Shown here: positions 10,137-19,384 of the stretch, in pieces
Layout: each line of letters begins with the position of its first letter
Numbering within the stretch: the first letter of the stretch is position 1
NCBI GenBank assembly: GCA_964625615.1
Contig: CAZVDU010000005.1
Span: forward strand, 2,103 to 66,102
Source of the DNA: an uncultured Pseudoalteromonadaceae bacterium
GTDB taxonomy: Bacteria > Pseudomonadota > Gammaproteobacteria > Enterobacterales > Alteromonadaceae
DNA length: 64,000 bases
Reading direction: 5' to 3'
The notes under the pieces: model-generated
Databases searched by the model: none
The model's input: only the letters and a program-made list of their open reading frames with translations
What the model was told of the DNA's origin: nothing
Made by a program: the position numbers and the translations under genes

Positions 10137-10925
10137 CTAAAGTTGCTGGATAACAGCCGCAAGCATTTGATCAACCGTTGAAATAACCTTCGAATTCATT
10201 TCGAATAAACGCTGACTTTCAATTAAGTTAACCAATTCCTCGGTAACATTAACGTTAGATGTTTCCAACGTTCCTTGTTGGAGAGTACCTAAACCTTGAA
10301 GCCCTGGTACGCCTTGAATTGGTGTTCCACTTGACCCAGTTTCAACAAAGAGGTTTTGACCTACAGGCTGCAAACCTGCTGGGTTGATAAAATCGGTAAT
10401 ATTGATTTGTCCTAGGACGACAGGGTTCGGCTGACCACGAAGCTGTGCTGTCACTTCGCCGTCTTGCGAAATGGTTAACTGCTGAGCATCATCGGGGACT
10501 GTGATATTGGGTTGTAACAAAAACCCTGCACCCGGTGTCACTATTTGCCCTTGATCATCTAACGTAAACTGACCATTTCGTGTATAGGACAAAGAACCAT
10601 CAGGTTGCAATATTTCGAAATACCCCCGACCTTGAATAGAAATATCTAAGGAATTATCTGTCGTCTGCAAGTTCCCCTGTGTATGCGCTTTTTGCGTTGC
10701 AACGACTTTACTTCCTGCACCAATCTGTAATCCTGAAGGCAATTCAGTATCTGCCGACGAACGCCCCCCTGGCTGATTAATATTTTGGTAGAGTAGGTCT
10801 TCAAACACAGCACGGTCTTTCTTAAACCCTATGGTGCTAGCGTTCGCCAAGTTGTTCGAAACTACCGAAATATCAACTTGAGCGGCATCTAATCCTGTTT
10901 TGCCGATAAATAATGCTGGGTGCAT
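10137..10925 (-). CDS. flgG: Flagellar distal rod protein
   Basis: SNNLANASTIGFKKDRAVFEDLLYQ; LETSNVNVTEELV. Confidence 0.97.
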   Translation of the reverse strand: MHPALFIGKTGLDAAQVDISVVSNNLANASTIGFKKDRAVFEDLLYQNINQPGGRSSADTELPSGLQIGAGSKVVATQKAHTQGNLQTTDNSLDISIQGRGYFEILQPDGSLSYTRNGQFTLDDQGQIVTPGAGFLLQPNITVPDDAQQLTISQDGEVTAQLRGQPNPVVLGQINITDFINPAGLQPVGQNLFVETGSSGTPIQGVPGLQGLGTLQQGTLETSNVNVTEELVNLIESQRLFEMNSKVISTVDQMLAAVIQQL

Positions 10926-10991
10926 AAGCCACCTCCACCTGTTATAAAAATATCCTTAATAAACGGCCAACTCTTGCCGTTTATCAACGTG

Positions 10992-11735
10992 TTAAATAAT
11001 TCTGAGCAATTGGTTGCCGCGTCTATCCAAGTCATCAGCGGTTTCCATAATTTTCAATTGCGTATCGAAATGACGCTGTGCGCCAATCATCCCCATAAGC
11101 TCACCCAACGGGTTTACATTGCTGGCTTCCAGAACGCCGGTCCGCACAGTAACGGTCGGGTCTAATGGCGCAGCATCTCCGCTTTGTAATCGGAAAAGCC
11201 CGTCTTCACCTCTAACTAACCCACCAACATCAGGGTTAACAAACTTCAAACGACCAACTTCTTCTTGCTCACTCACCGGAGCACCTAGAGGTCGAATAGA
11301 AATAAAACCATCCGTCGAGATTGAGATACCTGAAAGTGGTATAGGCAGTGTTATAGGGCCAGCTTCGCCGATAACTGCAGAGCCGTGTGCATCTTGAAGG
11401 ATGCCGTCTGAACTGACTGTCAAGCTTGCCGCTCTGGTGTATGCTTCTTCGCCGTTTCTGTCTTGCACAGCAAACCAACCATCACCTTGAATTGCGACAT
11501 CGAGCTCTCGCCCCGTTTGAATCATTGAGCCAGGCGTATAGATATTGCCGGGGCTTTCTGTCATCGAGAAAACGCGTGTTGGCAAGCCTTCACCAAATGC
11601 CGCCATGGACCTTGCCTGCGCCATTTGCGCCTTAAATCCAGTGGTATTGGCATTGGCTAAATTATTGGCGCGAACGGACGTAGCAAGTAAGTCTTGCGAA
11701 GCACCGCTAGCAGCAATGTAGAGCATTTTATCCAT
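10992..11735 (-). CDS. flgF: Flagellar proximal rod protein
   Basis: MDKMLYIAASGA, ANNLANANTTGFK, GEGLPTR. Confidence 0.96.
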   Translation of the reverse strand: MDKMLYIAASGASQDLLATSVRANNLANANTTGFKAQMAQARSMAAFGEGLPTRVFSMTESPGNIYTPGSMIQTGRELDVAIQGDGWFAVQDRNGEEAYTRAASLTVSSDGILQDAHGSAVIGEAGPITLPIPLSGISISTDGFISIRPLGAPVSEQEEVGRLKFVNPDVGGLVRGEDGLFRLQSGDAAPLDPTVTVRTGVLEASNVNPLGELMGMIGAQRHFDTQLKIMETADDLDRRGNQLLRII

Positions 11736-11772
11736 GACAAAAACCTGACGGTTGTGAACTTATCGTGATAAA

Positions 11773-11788
11773 TGCAAATAAAGTGCCA
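11773..11788 (-). promoter_or_regulatory. sigma54 promoter for flgF-L
   Basis: TGGCAC-tttat-TTGCA, matching the -24/-12 consensus. Confidence 0.9.
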
Positions 11789-11846
11789 CTACGTTAAAAA
11801 TAGAAATTAAAAAAGCAGTAGTGAAAGAACGTTAGACAGCAAAAAC

Positions 11847-11872
11847 AAAAAAGGCCACTTTCGTGGCCCTTT
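11847..11872 (-). terminator. Intrinsic terminator after flgE
   Basis: GGCCAC-N4-GTGGCC hairpin followed by a T tract on the minus strand. Confidence 0.8.
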
Positions 11873-11896
11873 AATAGAAGGAAATAACCTGGAAAC

Positions 11897-13294
11897 TTAT
11901 CGAATAGCGATGATTGTTTGGTTCAACTGGTTATTAATTTCGAGTGCTCGTGAGTTAGCCTGGAAATTACGCTGCGCGACAATCAAATCAACCAACTCAG
12001 TGGTTAAGTCAACGTTCGACTGCTCTAGAGCAGACGAATTAATGGTGCCAAAAGTACCTGTCGTTGCCTCCCCGGCAAGTGCTTCACCCGATAAGATACT
12101 TTCTTGCCACTGTGTATTCGATTGTTGAGTTAGACCTTGTTCATTAGAAAATCTAACCAGCGCAACACGAACGATCGGATCTGACGTACCGTTAGAAAAT
12201 GTAGCTCGTACCAAACCATCAGGCCCGATATCAATACCGGTCAATTGCCCGACCGGTAGGCCATCTTGTTCTAACGACGTCACTTCAAAGTTCGATGCGA
12301 ATTGAGTAGGTTCGTCAGGCGTAGCACCACCTGGATCAAGGTTAAAGTCAATTGTAATACTTTGCGTGGGATCAGAACCGTTTAGCAAAATACCTGGCCC
12401 TAATTCTTCCGTTTGCAGAGTGAAGTTTGTTGATTGAACGCCATTAGCTGATTCAATACCAGTAAAATCACCACCAGAACTAAAAATTAAACGGCCAGCC
12501 GTCACTAACGAACCGTCAGCTACGTTACCTGCTTGGTTTGCTGCGCCTGTTATTGGAGGCGGTATTGGATTGCCAACATCATCAGTTATATTTACTAACT
12601 GACCGTCAACCGAGTTCACCACTAGCCATTCATTTGCTCCAACGCCAGCATTCGCGTCATTGATAAAATAAAACGTTTGTATGTGCGAATCCCCTAATGT
12701 ATCAAATACGGTTACCGACGTTGACGCCGTAAACGTAGTAGGATCACTAGGATCGAACTGTGCCGGGTCCAGAGGCGGAGCTCCAGCCGGCAAATTAAAC
12801 CTTAAATCAACTTCATTTGTTGCCTGAGGTGACCCACTGGAATCAGGAATTTGTACAGGGACGGTCGTACTCAATGCAACTGACGATGATGAGCCATCAG
12901 GGTTTACTGGGAAGCCTAGTAAATTATCACCACTTGAGTTAACAACAAAATTATCTTCATCTAACCGAAACGTACCTGCTCGTGTAAATGAAAAATCATT
13001 TGATGTTTGGTCGGGTACTGTAGCGAAGAAGCCACTTCCAGTAATCGCCAAATCTAGTGCGTTATCGGTAAATTGCAGAGACCCTTGACTAAACTGCTGA
13101 GCCACTTCTTGCGTAAGAACACCATCACCAACTTGCGTGTTTCCCGCAGCAAGCAAAGACGATGCAAAAACATCACCAAATTCTGCTCGCGACTCTTTAA
13201 ATCCAACTGTATTTACGTTGGCAATGTTATTGGACGTTACATCCAGATCGGTTTGCGCAGCGTTCAAACCACTTAATGCTACATTAAAGGACAT
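11897..13294 (-). CDS. flgE: Flagellar hook protein
   Basis: SNNIANVNTVGFKESRAEF; LEQSNVDLTTELVDLIVAQRNFQANSR. Confidence 0.97.
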   Translation of the reverse strand: MSFNVALSGLNAAQTDLDVTSNNIANVNTVGFKESRAEFGDVFASSLLAAGNTQVGDGVLTQEVAQQFSQGSLQFTDNALDLAITGSGFFATVPDQTSNDFSFTRAGTFRLDEDNFVVNSSGDNLLGFPVNPDGSSSSVALSTTVPVQIPDSSGSPQATNEVDLRFNLPAGAPPLDPAQFDPSDPTTFTASTSVTVFDTLGDSHIQTFYFINDANAGVGANEWLVVNSVDGQLVNITDDVGNPIPPPITGAANQAGNVADGSLVTAGRLIFSSGGDFTGIESANGVQSTNFTLQTEELGPGILLNGSDPTQSITIDFNLDPGGATPDEPTQFASNFEVTSLEQDGLPVGQLTGIDIGPDGLVRATFSNGTSDPIVRVALVRFSNEQGLTQQSNTQWQESILSGEALAGEATTGTFGTINSSALEQSNVDLTTELVDLIVAQRNFQANSRALEINNQLNQTIIAIR

Positions 13295-13309
13295 TGTTTA
13301 CTTCTCCTG

Positions 13310-13990
13310 TTAACCGCCTATCTCTAAGACGTCAGAAAGACTAATGCTATCCTGGCCTTGGAGATTAAGAATCACACCTTGACTACTTGATGCAAGGTTT
13401 ACACTATCTACATGTCTAAAGACTGCTGTTGGTAAGCTCAAAGGTTCGCCGTTAACATTACCATTAGCAGTTATTCTATAATTACCGGGCGGCACAACAT
13501 TTCCGGCTTGATCTGTACCGTTCCAATTAAATTCAATATTGCCAGAAGATTGCGTACCCGCACCTATGACACGAACGACTTCCCCGACTTCATTCTCAAT
13601 CGATATCTGCAAGTTTTGAACCGTCTGTCCAGTTACAACAACACCTCTGACTTCGCCACCTTCTTCGAGGTTACCTTCGTCTCCTGCAACCAATACATCT
13701 CGTCCAACGAGGCTAGATGCTTGTAGCGCTTGGTTAGAGGTTAAAGATGATGCAAAAGACTCAAACTGCTCATTGAGTGAACCAATACCATCAACAGTAC
13801 TAAAACCCGTTACCTGTTGAATCAAGGTGTCGTTATCAGCTGGGTTTGATGGGTCTTGGTTAGCGAGCTGTGTCGTTAGCAATGCAAAAAAGTCAGCTTG
13901 CGTCAGTGAACTTCGATCTCCCTCATCTACGGAGACACCTTGTTCTTGCACAAATAAATTCGAAGGTAAGAGGCTTTCTCGAACTTCCAT
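13310..13990 (-). CDS. flgD: Flagellar hook cap protein
   Basis: DFFALLTTQLANQDP; QALQASSLVG; lies between flgC and flgE. Confidence 0.96.
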   Translation of the reverse strand: MEVRESLLPSNLFVQEQGVSVDEGDRSSLTQADFFALLTTQLANQDPSNPADNDTLIQQVTGFSTVDGIGSLNEQFESFASSLTSNQALQASSLVGRDVLVAGDEGNLEEGGEVRGVVVTGQTVQNLQISIENEVGEVVRVIGAGTQSSGNIEFNWNGTDQAGNVVPPGNYRITANGNVNGEPLSLPTAVFRHVDSVNLASSSQGVILNLQGQDSISLSDVLEIGG

Positions 13991-14005
13991 ACTAATTACT
14001 CCGAC

Positions 14006-14425
14006 CTAACGGCCTTGGCCAAGTTGCAGAACACGACGGAAGATACGTTTAGTCGTATCTGCCACCTGTACATTTGTTTCGTAAGACTTTGATGCTGAGG
14101 TCAAATCTGCGATTGCCTCAACAACATTAATATTGGGGCGATAGATATATCCATTTTCGTCTGCCGACGGATGACCAGGGCTGTACTCAATCTGAAGTGG
14201 CTTTTCGCTTTCTACAATGCCAAGTACCTTAACACCAACACCAGTCTGTCTCGCAGTCTGCGTTTCAAGGTCTGCAGCAAAAACGGCATGTCGTGCACGA
14301 TAAGTTTCATCAACACTACTACTCACTGTGTTAGCGTTGGCTACATTGCTGGCAATTGTGTTGAGGCGGATATTCTCCGCACTCATACCTGTTGAAGCGA
14401 TATCTAATATGTTAAAAAGACTCAT
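14006..14425 (-). CDS. flgC: Flagellar rod protein
   Basis: RLNTIASNVANA; PGHPSADENGY..PNINVV. Confidence 0.97.
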   Translation of the reverse strand: MSLFNILDIASTGMSAENIRLNTIASNVANANTVSSSVDETYRARHAVFAADLETQTARQTGVGVKVLGIVESEKPLQIEYSPGHPSADENGYIYRPNINVVEAIADLTSASKSYETNVQVADTTKRIFRRVLQLGQGR

Positions 14426-14829
14426 TAGCCTTGTCCTCCTGCGATAGCTTTTTTCATTCCCTTAAATTTTCCATCTAGAAATTGAATACTGGCCTGATAA
14501 CGCAAACCATTGTCTAGAAAAACGTTTCGTTCTTTTTGCACATCAACAGTATTGCCATCACCGGTATCGGGCTGATCTGGGATTCTGAATTCAATTGCGC
14601 TGTTGATACGTGTCGAACCTACATCGAAATGCTTTTCATGTGTTCGGCTTAAACTTGAAGATTGCTTGTAGTTAGCGTTTTCCATTGCTGCTTTAAAGTC
14701 AATATCTTGAGCTTTATACCCAGGCGTATTGGCATTAGCTAAATTTCCTGCAATAACTTGCATGCGGTCCGTGCGGATGGTGACCGCTTTTTCGTTAAAC
14801 CCTACAAATCTATCGAGGTTAATAGCCAT
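14425..14829 (-). CDS. flgB: Flagellar rod protein
   Basis: NLANANTPGYKAQDIDF; DGNTVD. Confidence 0.97.
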   Translation of the reverse strand: MAINLDRFVGFNEKAVTIRTDRMQVIAGNLANANTPGYKAQDIDFKAAMENANYKQSSSLSRTHEKHFDVGSTRINSAIEFRIPDQPDTGDGNTVDVQKERNVFLDNGLRYQASIQFLDGKFKGMKKAIAGGQG

Positions 14830-14875
14830 GATGTTCTCCTGGTGGCAACCTGTTGTTTTACTCTAAACACTTAAA

Positions 14876-14892
14876 AGCAAAACGTATGCCAA
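14876..14892 (-). promoter_or_regulatory. sigma54 promoter for flgBCDE
   Basis: TTGGCAT-acgtt-TTGCT. Confidence 0.88.
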
Positions 14893-14934
14893 CAGAAATA
14901 ACAGCATAAAAAAAAAGGGAAGATACTTATTAAA

Positions 14935-15795
14935 CTATTGATTCTTTTGGTAAAAAATAGCACGACCAGAACGAGTAGTATCAAAATCATCTGATATACC
15001 CGATAAAGATTCCGAAGCACCTAGGAATAAAATGCCACGGCTTTGCAGGCAGGAGGCAATTTGTTGCAGTATTTGTTTTTTGCCGTCAACAGAAAAGTAA
15101 ATCAGTACATTACGGCAAAATACGAGATCGAATTTTCCTAAAGCACTATAAGAGTCAAAAAGGTTCATTTGCCGAAAGGAAACCATTTTCATCACATCAG
15201 GTTTCAATTGCTGGCTATCCTTCAATCTTCCCCCTACTTCATTAGTAGTGGGTTCAAAAAAACGATTTAGGCGCTGAGGAGACAACCCTCGAGACAAAGC
15301 GAGGCTGTCATAACTTCCTGCACGGCAGTTTTCTAACATGTCTTGAGATATGTCCGTTCCCATGATCTGTATGCCTGCACTAAAAGCACTCGATTTCTCG
15401 GATTTATACTCCAATATAGACATGGCGATAGAGTATGGCTCTTGTCCAGATGAACATGCCGCGCACCATATCCTGATCGGTTTTTTCTTTCCGTCAAGCA
15501 GTGGGAGTATGTCTGATTTAAGGACGTCAAAAGGATGCGTATCACGAAACCAAAGTGTTTCATTAGTCGTCATCGCTTCGATTGTTGAATTAATTAAGTT
15601 GCGATCGCGCACTTTCGTTACTTTACCGATCAAGTCAGCGTAATCGTTAAAGTCGAACTTTCTCAACAAAGGCAATAGGCGACTACGCACTAAGTATTGC
15701 TTATTATCGCCTAATACAATGCCACATTCGTCAACCAAGAAGTCTTTGAAAAGTGTGTAATCACCTTCTGTTAACTCAGGGGACTTCATTGTCAT
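14935..15795 (-). CDS. cheR: Chemotaxis protein methyltransferase
   Basis: TTNETLWFRD, IWCAACSSGQEPYS, FCRNVLIYF. Confidence 0.97.
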   Translation of the reverse strand: MTMKSPELTEGDYTLFKDFLVDECGIVLGDNKQYLVRSRLLPLLRKFDFNDYADLIGKVTKVRDRNLINSTIEAMTTNETLWFRDTHPFDVLKSDILPLLDGKKKPIRIWCAACSSGQEPYSIAMSILEYKSEKSSAFSAGIQIMGTDISQDMLENCRAGSYDSLALSRGLSPQRLNRFFEPTTNEVGGRLKDSQQLKPDVMKMVSFRQMNLFDSYSALGKFDLVFCRNVLIYFSVDGKKQILQQIASCLQSRGILFLGASESLSGISDDFDTTRSGRAIFYQKNQ

Positions 15796-15810
15796 CCTTG
15801 TATCTCTACG

Positions 15811-16740
15811 CTACTCAACCTTTATCCATTTTTGCACTGCTGTAGCTAGCTCATCTGGGTGGAATTTGGCAATAAAATCATCTGCACCAACCTTCTTAAC
15901 CATCGCCTGATTAAAGACACCACTCAGAGATGTGTGCAGAATAACTTTTAAGTCAGCTAACTCCGGTGTATTACGCAACTCAGCCGTTAATGTGTAACCA
16001 TCCATCTCTGGCATTTCGATATCAGACACCAAAACCGATACTTTATCAGTAACTTTACCCGTTTCTTGAGCTATTTCAGTCAAGCGATCTAATGCTTCCT
16101 TACCGTTTTTGGCCATTTCAATTTCAACCCCCAATGCAGTCAATGCTTTTTTGACTTGATTACGGGCGACCGATGAGTCATCAACAATAAAGATAATCTT
16201 GTCTCCATCAGCATTGCTGTCTAAGTCAAGATTATCTAATGTGTCTTTACTAACATCTGTGTTAAGTGGAGAAATCTCATTAAGTATTTTTTCAACATCT
16301 AAGATTTCAATTAGTTCCTTATCGACTTCAGTCACAGCTGTCAAATAACTTGCTCGACCAGTTCCTTTAGGTGGTGGTAAAATAGAATCCCAATTAATAT
16401 TAATAATTCGTTCTACGGAACCAACCAAAAAACCCTGCACTGAGCGATTATATTCAGCAATTACAATAAAACACTTAGAGATATCTTCAATTTTCTTGCC
16501 GCCAGTTGCCATACTGAGATCAATCACAGAAATAGTTTGTCCACGAATGTGTGCTACACCTCTCACATAAGCGTTTAGGCGTGGCATGGACGTTAATGGC
16601 GGGCATTGCAGCACTTCTCTGACCTTAAACACATTAATGCCAAAACGCTGCCGTCCAACAAGCTTAAACAACAATAATTCTAATCTATTTTGACCGACCA
16701 GCTGCGTACGCTGATTGACTGAGTCAAGGATACCTGCCAT
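15811..16740 (-). CDS. cheV: Chemotaxis coupling protein (CheW + receiver domain)
   Basis: RTQLVGQNRLELLLF, FGINVFKV, SDIEMPEMDG. Confidence 0.97.
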   Translation of the reverse strand: MAGILDSVNQRTQLVGQNRLELLLFKLVGRQRFGINVFKVREVLQCPPLTSMPRLNAYVRGVAHIRGQTISVIDLSMATGGKKIEDISKCFIVIAEYNRSVQGFLVGSVERIININWDSILPPPKGTGRASYLTAVTEVDKELIEILDVEKILNEISPLNTDVSKDTLDNLDLDSNADGDKIIFIVDDSSVARNQVKKALTALGVEIEMAKNGKEALDRLTEIAQETGKVTDKVSVLVSDIEMPEMDGYTLTAELRNTPELADLKVILHTSLSGVFNQAMVKKVGADDFIAKFHPDELATAVQKWIKVE

Positions 16741-16764
16741 TTAACACCTCAGAAGTTTCAAACT

Positions 16765-16780
16765 AGGCACAGTTATTGCC
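16765..16780 (+). promoter_or_regulatory. sigma54 promoter for flgA
   Basis: AGGCAC-agtta-TTGCC. Confidence 0.7.
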
Positions 16781-16902
16781 CTAATTCACAATTATCAATG
16801 AATTGTCTATTTTTTGACGCTTGCCTAGACAACGCTATAAAGCACATGCTTAAGCATAGACAAAAAAGCGTTATAAAGTGAACACTAAATATCGATTACA
16901 CT

Positions 16903-17589
16903 ATGAGAATACTGCATTTTTTCACAATAAGTTTAGTTTTCGCACAGTTATCTGTATCGGCAGAGACTATTGACCCATTAAAACTTCAGATTACAGGAGG
17001 TGCCGAAGACTACGTTCGCTCTAATACGCTCTCTCAAAATGATGGACTCGAAATAAAAGCCAATCCATTAGACGATCGTATACAAATTCCTCAATGTAGT
17101 CAGCCTTTTATATACAGAGCTACAGCAGAGTCCTTGCGCCAGTCTAATGTTACCGTGAGAGCGACATGCGAAGAACTCAACTGGTATGTCTACATGACGG
17201 TGCATGTTAGCGAAATGCAAGATATGGTTGTTGTGAATACTGTGATGGCACCAGGCACTTTGCTAACAGAAGCTAATATTGAAGTCGTTCGTGTCGATAA
17301 AAAAACACTACGTACCACAACTTATGTTGATAAAGAAGCCGTTATTGGTGCTCGTATAAAGAGGCGAGTGCGCTCAGGGCAACCCATAACACCACGTATG
17401 CTGTGTTATGTCTGTAAAGGCGACAGCATTGTTATTAATGCATCTATAGGTGGATTGAGTATCAAAACAAATGGCGTAGCACAACAAGATGGTAACTTAG
17501 GCGATACTATAATGGTTAGAAACAGCCACTCAAAAAAGGTTATCGACGCTAAAGTAACTAAGTCAAGCGAGGTCAGCGTTGTCATATAA
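16903..17589 (+). CDS. flgA: P-ring assembly chaperone
   Basis: Signal peptide, LDDRIQIPQC, SAF domain, G.A.QDGNLGDTI.VRN.S. Confidence 0.93.
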   Translation: MRILHFFTISLVFAQLSVSAETIDPLKLQITGGAEDYVRSNTLSQNDGLEIKANPLDDRIQIPQCSQPFIYRATAESLRQSNVTVRATCEELNWYVYMTVHVSEMQDMVVVNTVMAPGTLLTEANIEVVRVDKKTLRTTTYVDKEAVIGARIKRRVRSGQPITPRMLCYVCKGDSIVINASIGGLSIKTNGVAQQDGNLGDTIMVRNSHSKKVIDAKVTKSSEVSVVI

Positions 17590-17635
17590 AACGTATTGAT
17601 CATTAACAGATAATGAAATGCATGCAAATTTTTGC

Positions 17636-17662
17636 TAAAGTTATTAAATCAGAAGCCGATAA
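17636..17662 (+). promoter_or_regulatory. sigma28 promoter for flgMN
   Basis: Perfect TAAA-N15-GCCGATAA. Confidence 0.92.
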
Positions 17663-17697
17663 GATTTCTGAGGTATTGTAAATATTGGAAAAATGTA

Positions 17698-18042
17698 ATG
17701 GCTATCAACAATGTGAACAGTGGCAACACACCTAGGCCACAGATTGATAATCAAAGAGTCAATCAACAGCAGTCACCTAGTCAGAACACGGCTCAGGTAG
17801 AAGGCGACAGGCGAACTGCACAACTCGAGTCACCAGCAAGGCAAGACTCAGTATCTTTGACGCAGTCAGCTCAACAGCTTTCACAAGCGCAAAGACGTTC
17901 AACCGATGCACCTGTTAATCAGGAGAGAGTTGAGCGGATCCGTGAAGCAATTGCTAATGGTGATTATAGAATCGATCCTGATCGCTTAGCTCAGAATATA
18001 TCGAGGGTAGAGGCAGAGTTATTTGGCCTCGATAGACAATAA
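17698..18042 (+). CDS. flgM: Anti-sigma28 factor
   Basis: MAINNV..., DSVSLT..AQQL, RVERIREAIANGDYRID; ATG 17698 lies downstream of the sigma28 promoter. Confidence 0.93.
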   Translation: MAINNVNSGNTPRPQIDNQRVNQQQSPSQNTAQVEGDRRTAQLESPARQDSVSLTQSAQQLSQAQRRSTDAPVNQERVERIREAIANGDYRIDPDRLAQNISRVEAELFGLDRQ

Positions 18043-18467
18043 TGGCCGAGATAATTGATGCGTTAGAAGTTCAAACGTCGTCACTCGGTCGTCTGAAACA
18101 GTTACTGGAAAACGAACTACACCTCATTAGTACTAGAGATGCAGAGACGCTGATTTCTCTCGTCGCTGAAAAAGAAACACTTCTCAATCAAATTCAAGAG
18201 CAAGATACTGTTATTGAACGCTTGTATTTAAGCAACGAGGCATTCGCTTCAGACGAGGCTGTCACAAACCATATAAATCAAATCAAAGATATAGTCTCTG
18301 AGTGTAGGTATTTAACACAAATTAATGAAAAAGCCGTTGAACAAGGGCAATTGCGCTTAGAGCACTTAAGAAACCTCCTTACCGAAAGCAGAGCAAAAGA
18401 GTCTTTAACTTACAATAAAAGCGGAAGACCAACTGGCAATAGTAAAGGCACCAGCATTAGCGCTTAA
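18042..18467 (+). CDS. flgN: Flagellar export chaperone
   Basis: Helical protein coupled to flgM, C-terminal TYNKSG. Confidence 0.9.
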   Translation: MAEIIDALEVQTSSLGRLKQLLENELHLISTRDAETLISLVAEKETLLNQIQEQDTVIERLYLSNEAFASDEAVTNHINQIKDIVSECRYLTQINEKAVEQGQLRLEHLRNLLTESRAKESLTYNKSGRPTGNSKGTSISA

Positions 18468-18684
18468 GTCGAGCTATTGTTGTTCTAGTATTAGCAAACC
18501 CAGCCACCAATATAACAACTACTTACTTCAATTGATTCCTAGAGATTTCTCGAACAGAGTAATGGAAAAAATAAGCGCTCAAACTGGCAATTTTAAAGGT
18601 ATAAGCTTGGCATCGTAGATAAACCCGCCATGTAGAGCCTAATATCGCAGTTTAATATCTAACTAAGACCTCATTTAACTGTCG

Positions 18685-19149
18685 TTAGAAGTAGCTAACT
18701 TTCTTTATCTTTTTCGGTTTAGCGGTCGAAAGGTAAATGTCATACACTTTTTTGAAGTCTAACTTCAATTCAGTAGCGTAGGTATCCTCTCCCACCGGAT
18801 AACTTTTAACAATCTGTGCACCACGAATAACACCTTCAACAGACGCTTTTAGCTTTGTATTCGTCAAAATCATGTTCGAAAGCTGCTGGTTACCGTCAAT
18901 TTTTTGTCCAAATACTTGTTCAGCTAATTCTCGGTAGGCATCCAACTTAGACGCTTTAATCGCCTTTAGTGATTTTGATGACAAACTATTGCCAGGTTGG
19001 GCGGCAATAGGAGCGTAGCCGACGGCAGTTATCACAGGATAATCATCTGGTTCAACATACTCCCACTCGACTTGCTTATTGATGAACGACGAACACCCTG
19101 CTATTGAAAATACAAATAACATTAAGGTTAACCAATTGAAATATTTCAT
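18685..19149 (-). CDS. flgP: Flagellar outer-membrane lipoprotein (LPP20-like)
   Basis: Lipobox IAGC; AVGYAPI, ASKLDAYRELAEQVFG; ATG 19149 preferred. Confidence 0.9.
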   Translation of the reverse strand: MKYFNWLTLMLFVFSIAGCSSFINKQVEWEYVEPDDYPVITAVGYAPIAAQPGNSLSSKSLKAIKASKLDAYRELAEQVFGQKIDGNQQLSNMILTNTKLKASVEGVIRGAQIVKSYPVGEDTYATELKLDFKKVYDIYLSTAKPKKIKKVSYF

Positions 19150-19254
19150 CTTTCTTCCAAATCCAAGTTGAAGCTTTATATTGCACTCACTACGTGACAA
19201 GTCAGTTGTCGCATAAGCTATTTAATGACGTAAAATCATCATCTATAGGGCTAA

Positions 19255-19270
19255 AGCAAGATGTGAGCCT
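19255..19270 (-). promoter_or_regulatory. sigma54 promoter for flgP
   Basis: AGGCTC-acatc-TTGCT. Confidence 0.65.
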
Positions 19271-19318
19271 AAAATAAATATAAGAAGTACAAATTCAGAA
19301 CGAGTGTCAAAAACAGGT

Positions 19319-19334
19319 AGGTACAATAGTTGCT
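19319..19334 (+). promoter_or_regulatory. sigma54 promoter for flgT
   Basis: AGGTAC-aatag-TTGCT. Confidence 0.65.
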
Positions 19335-19384
19335 TATAATCATTCATATAAATCAGTAAGCACTCATGACAGTAAAGGCAATTT

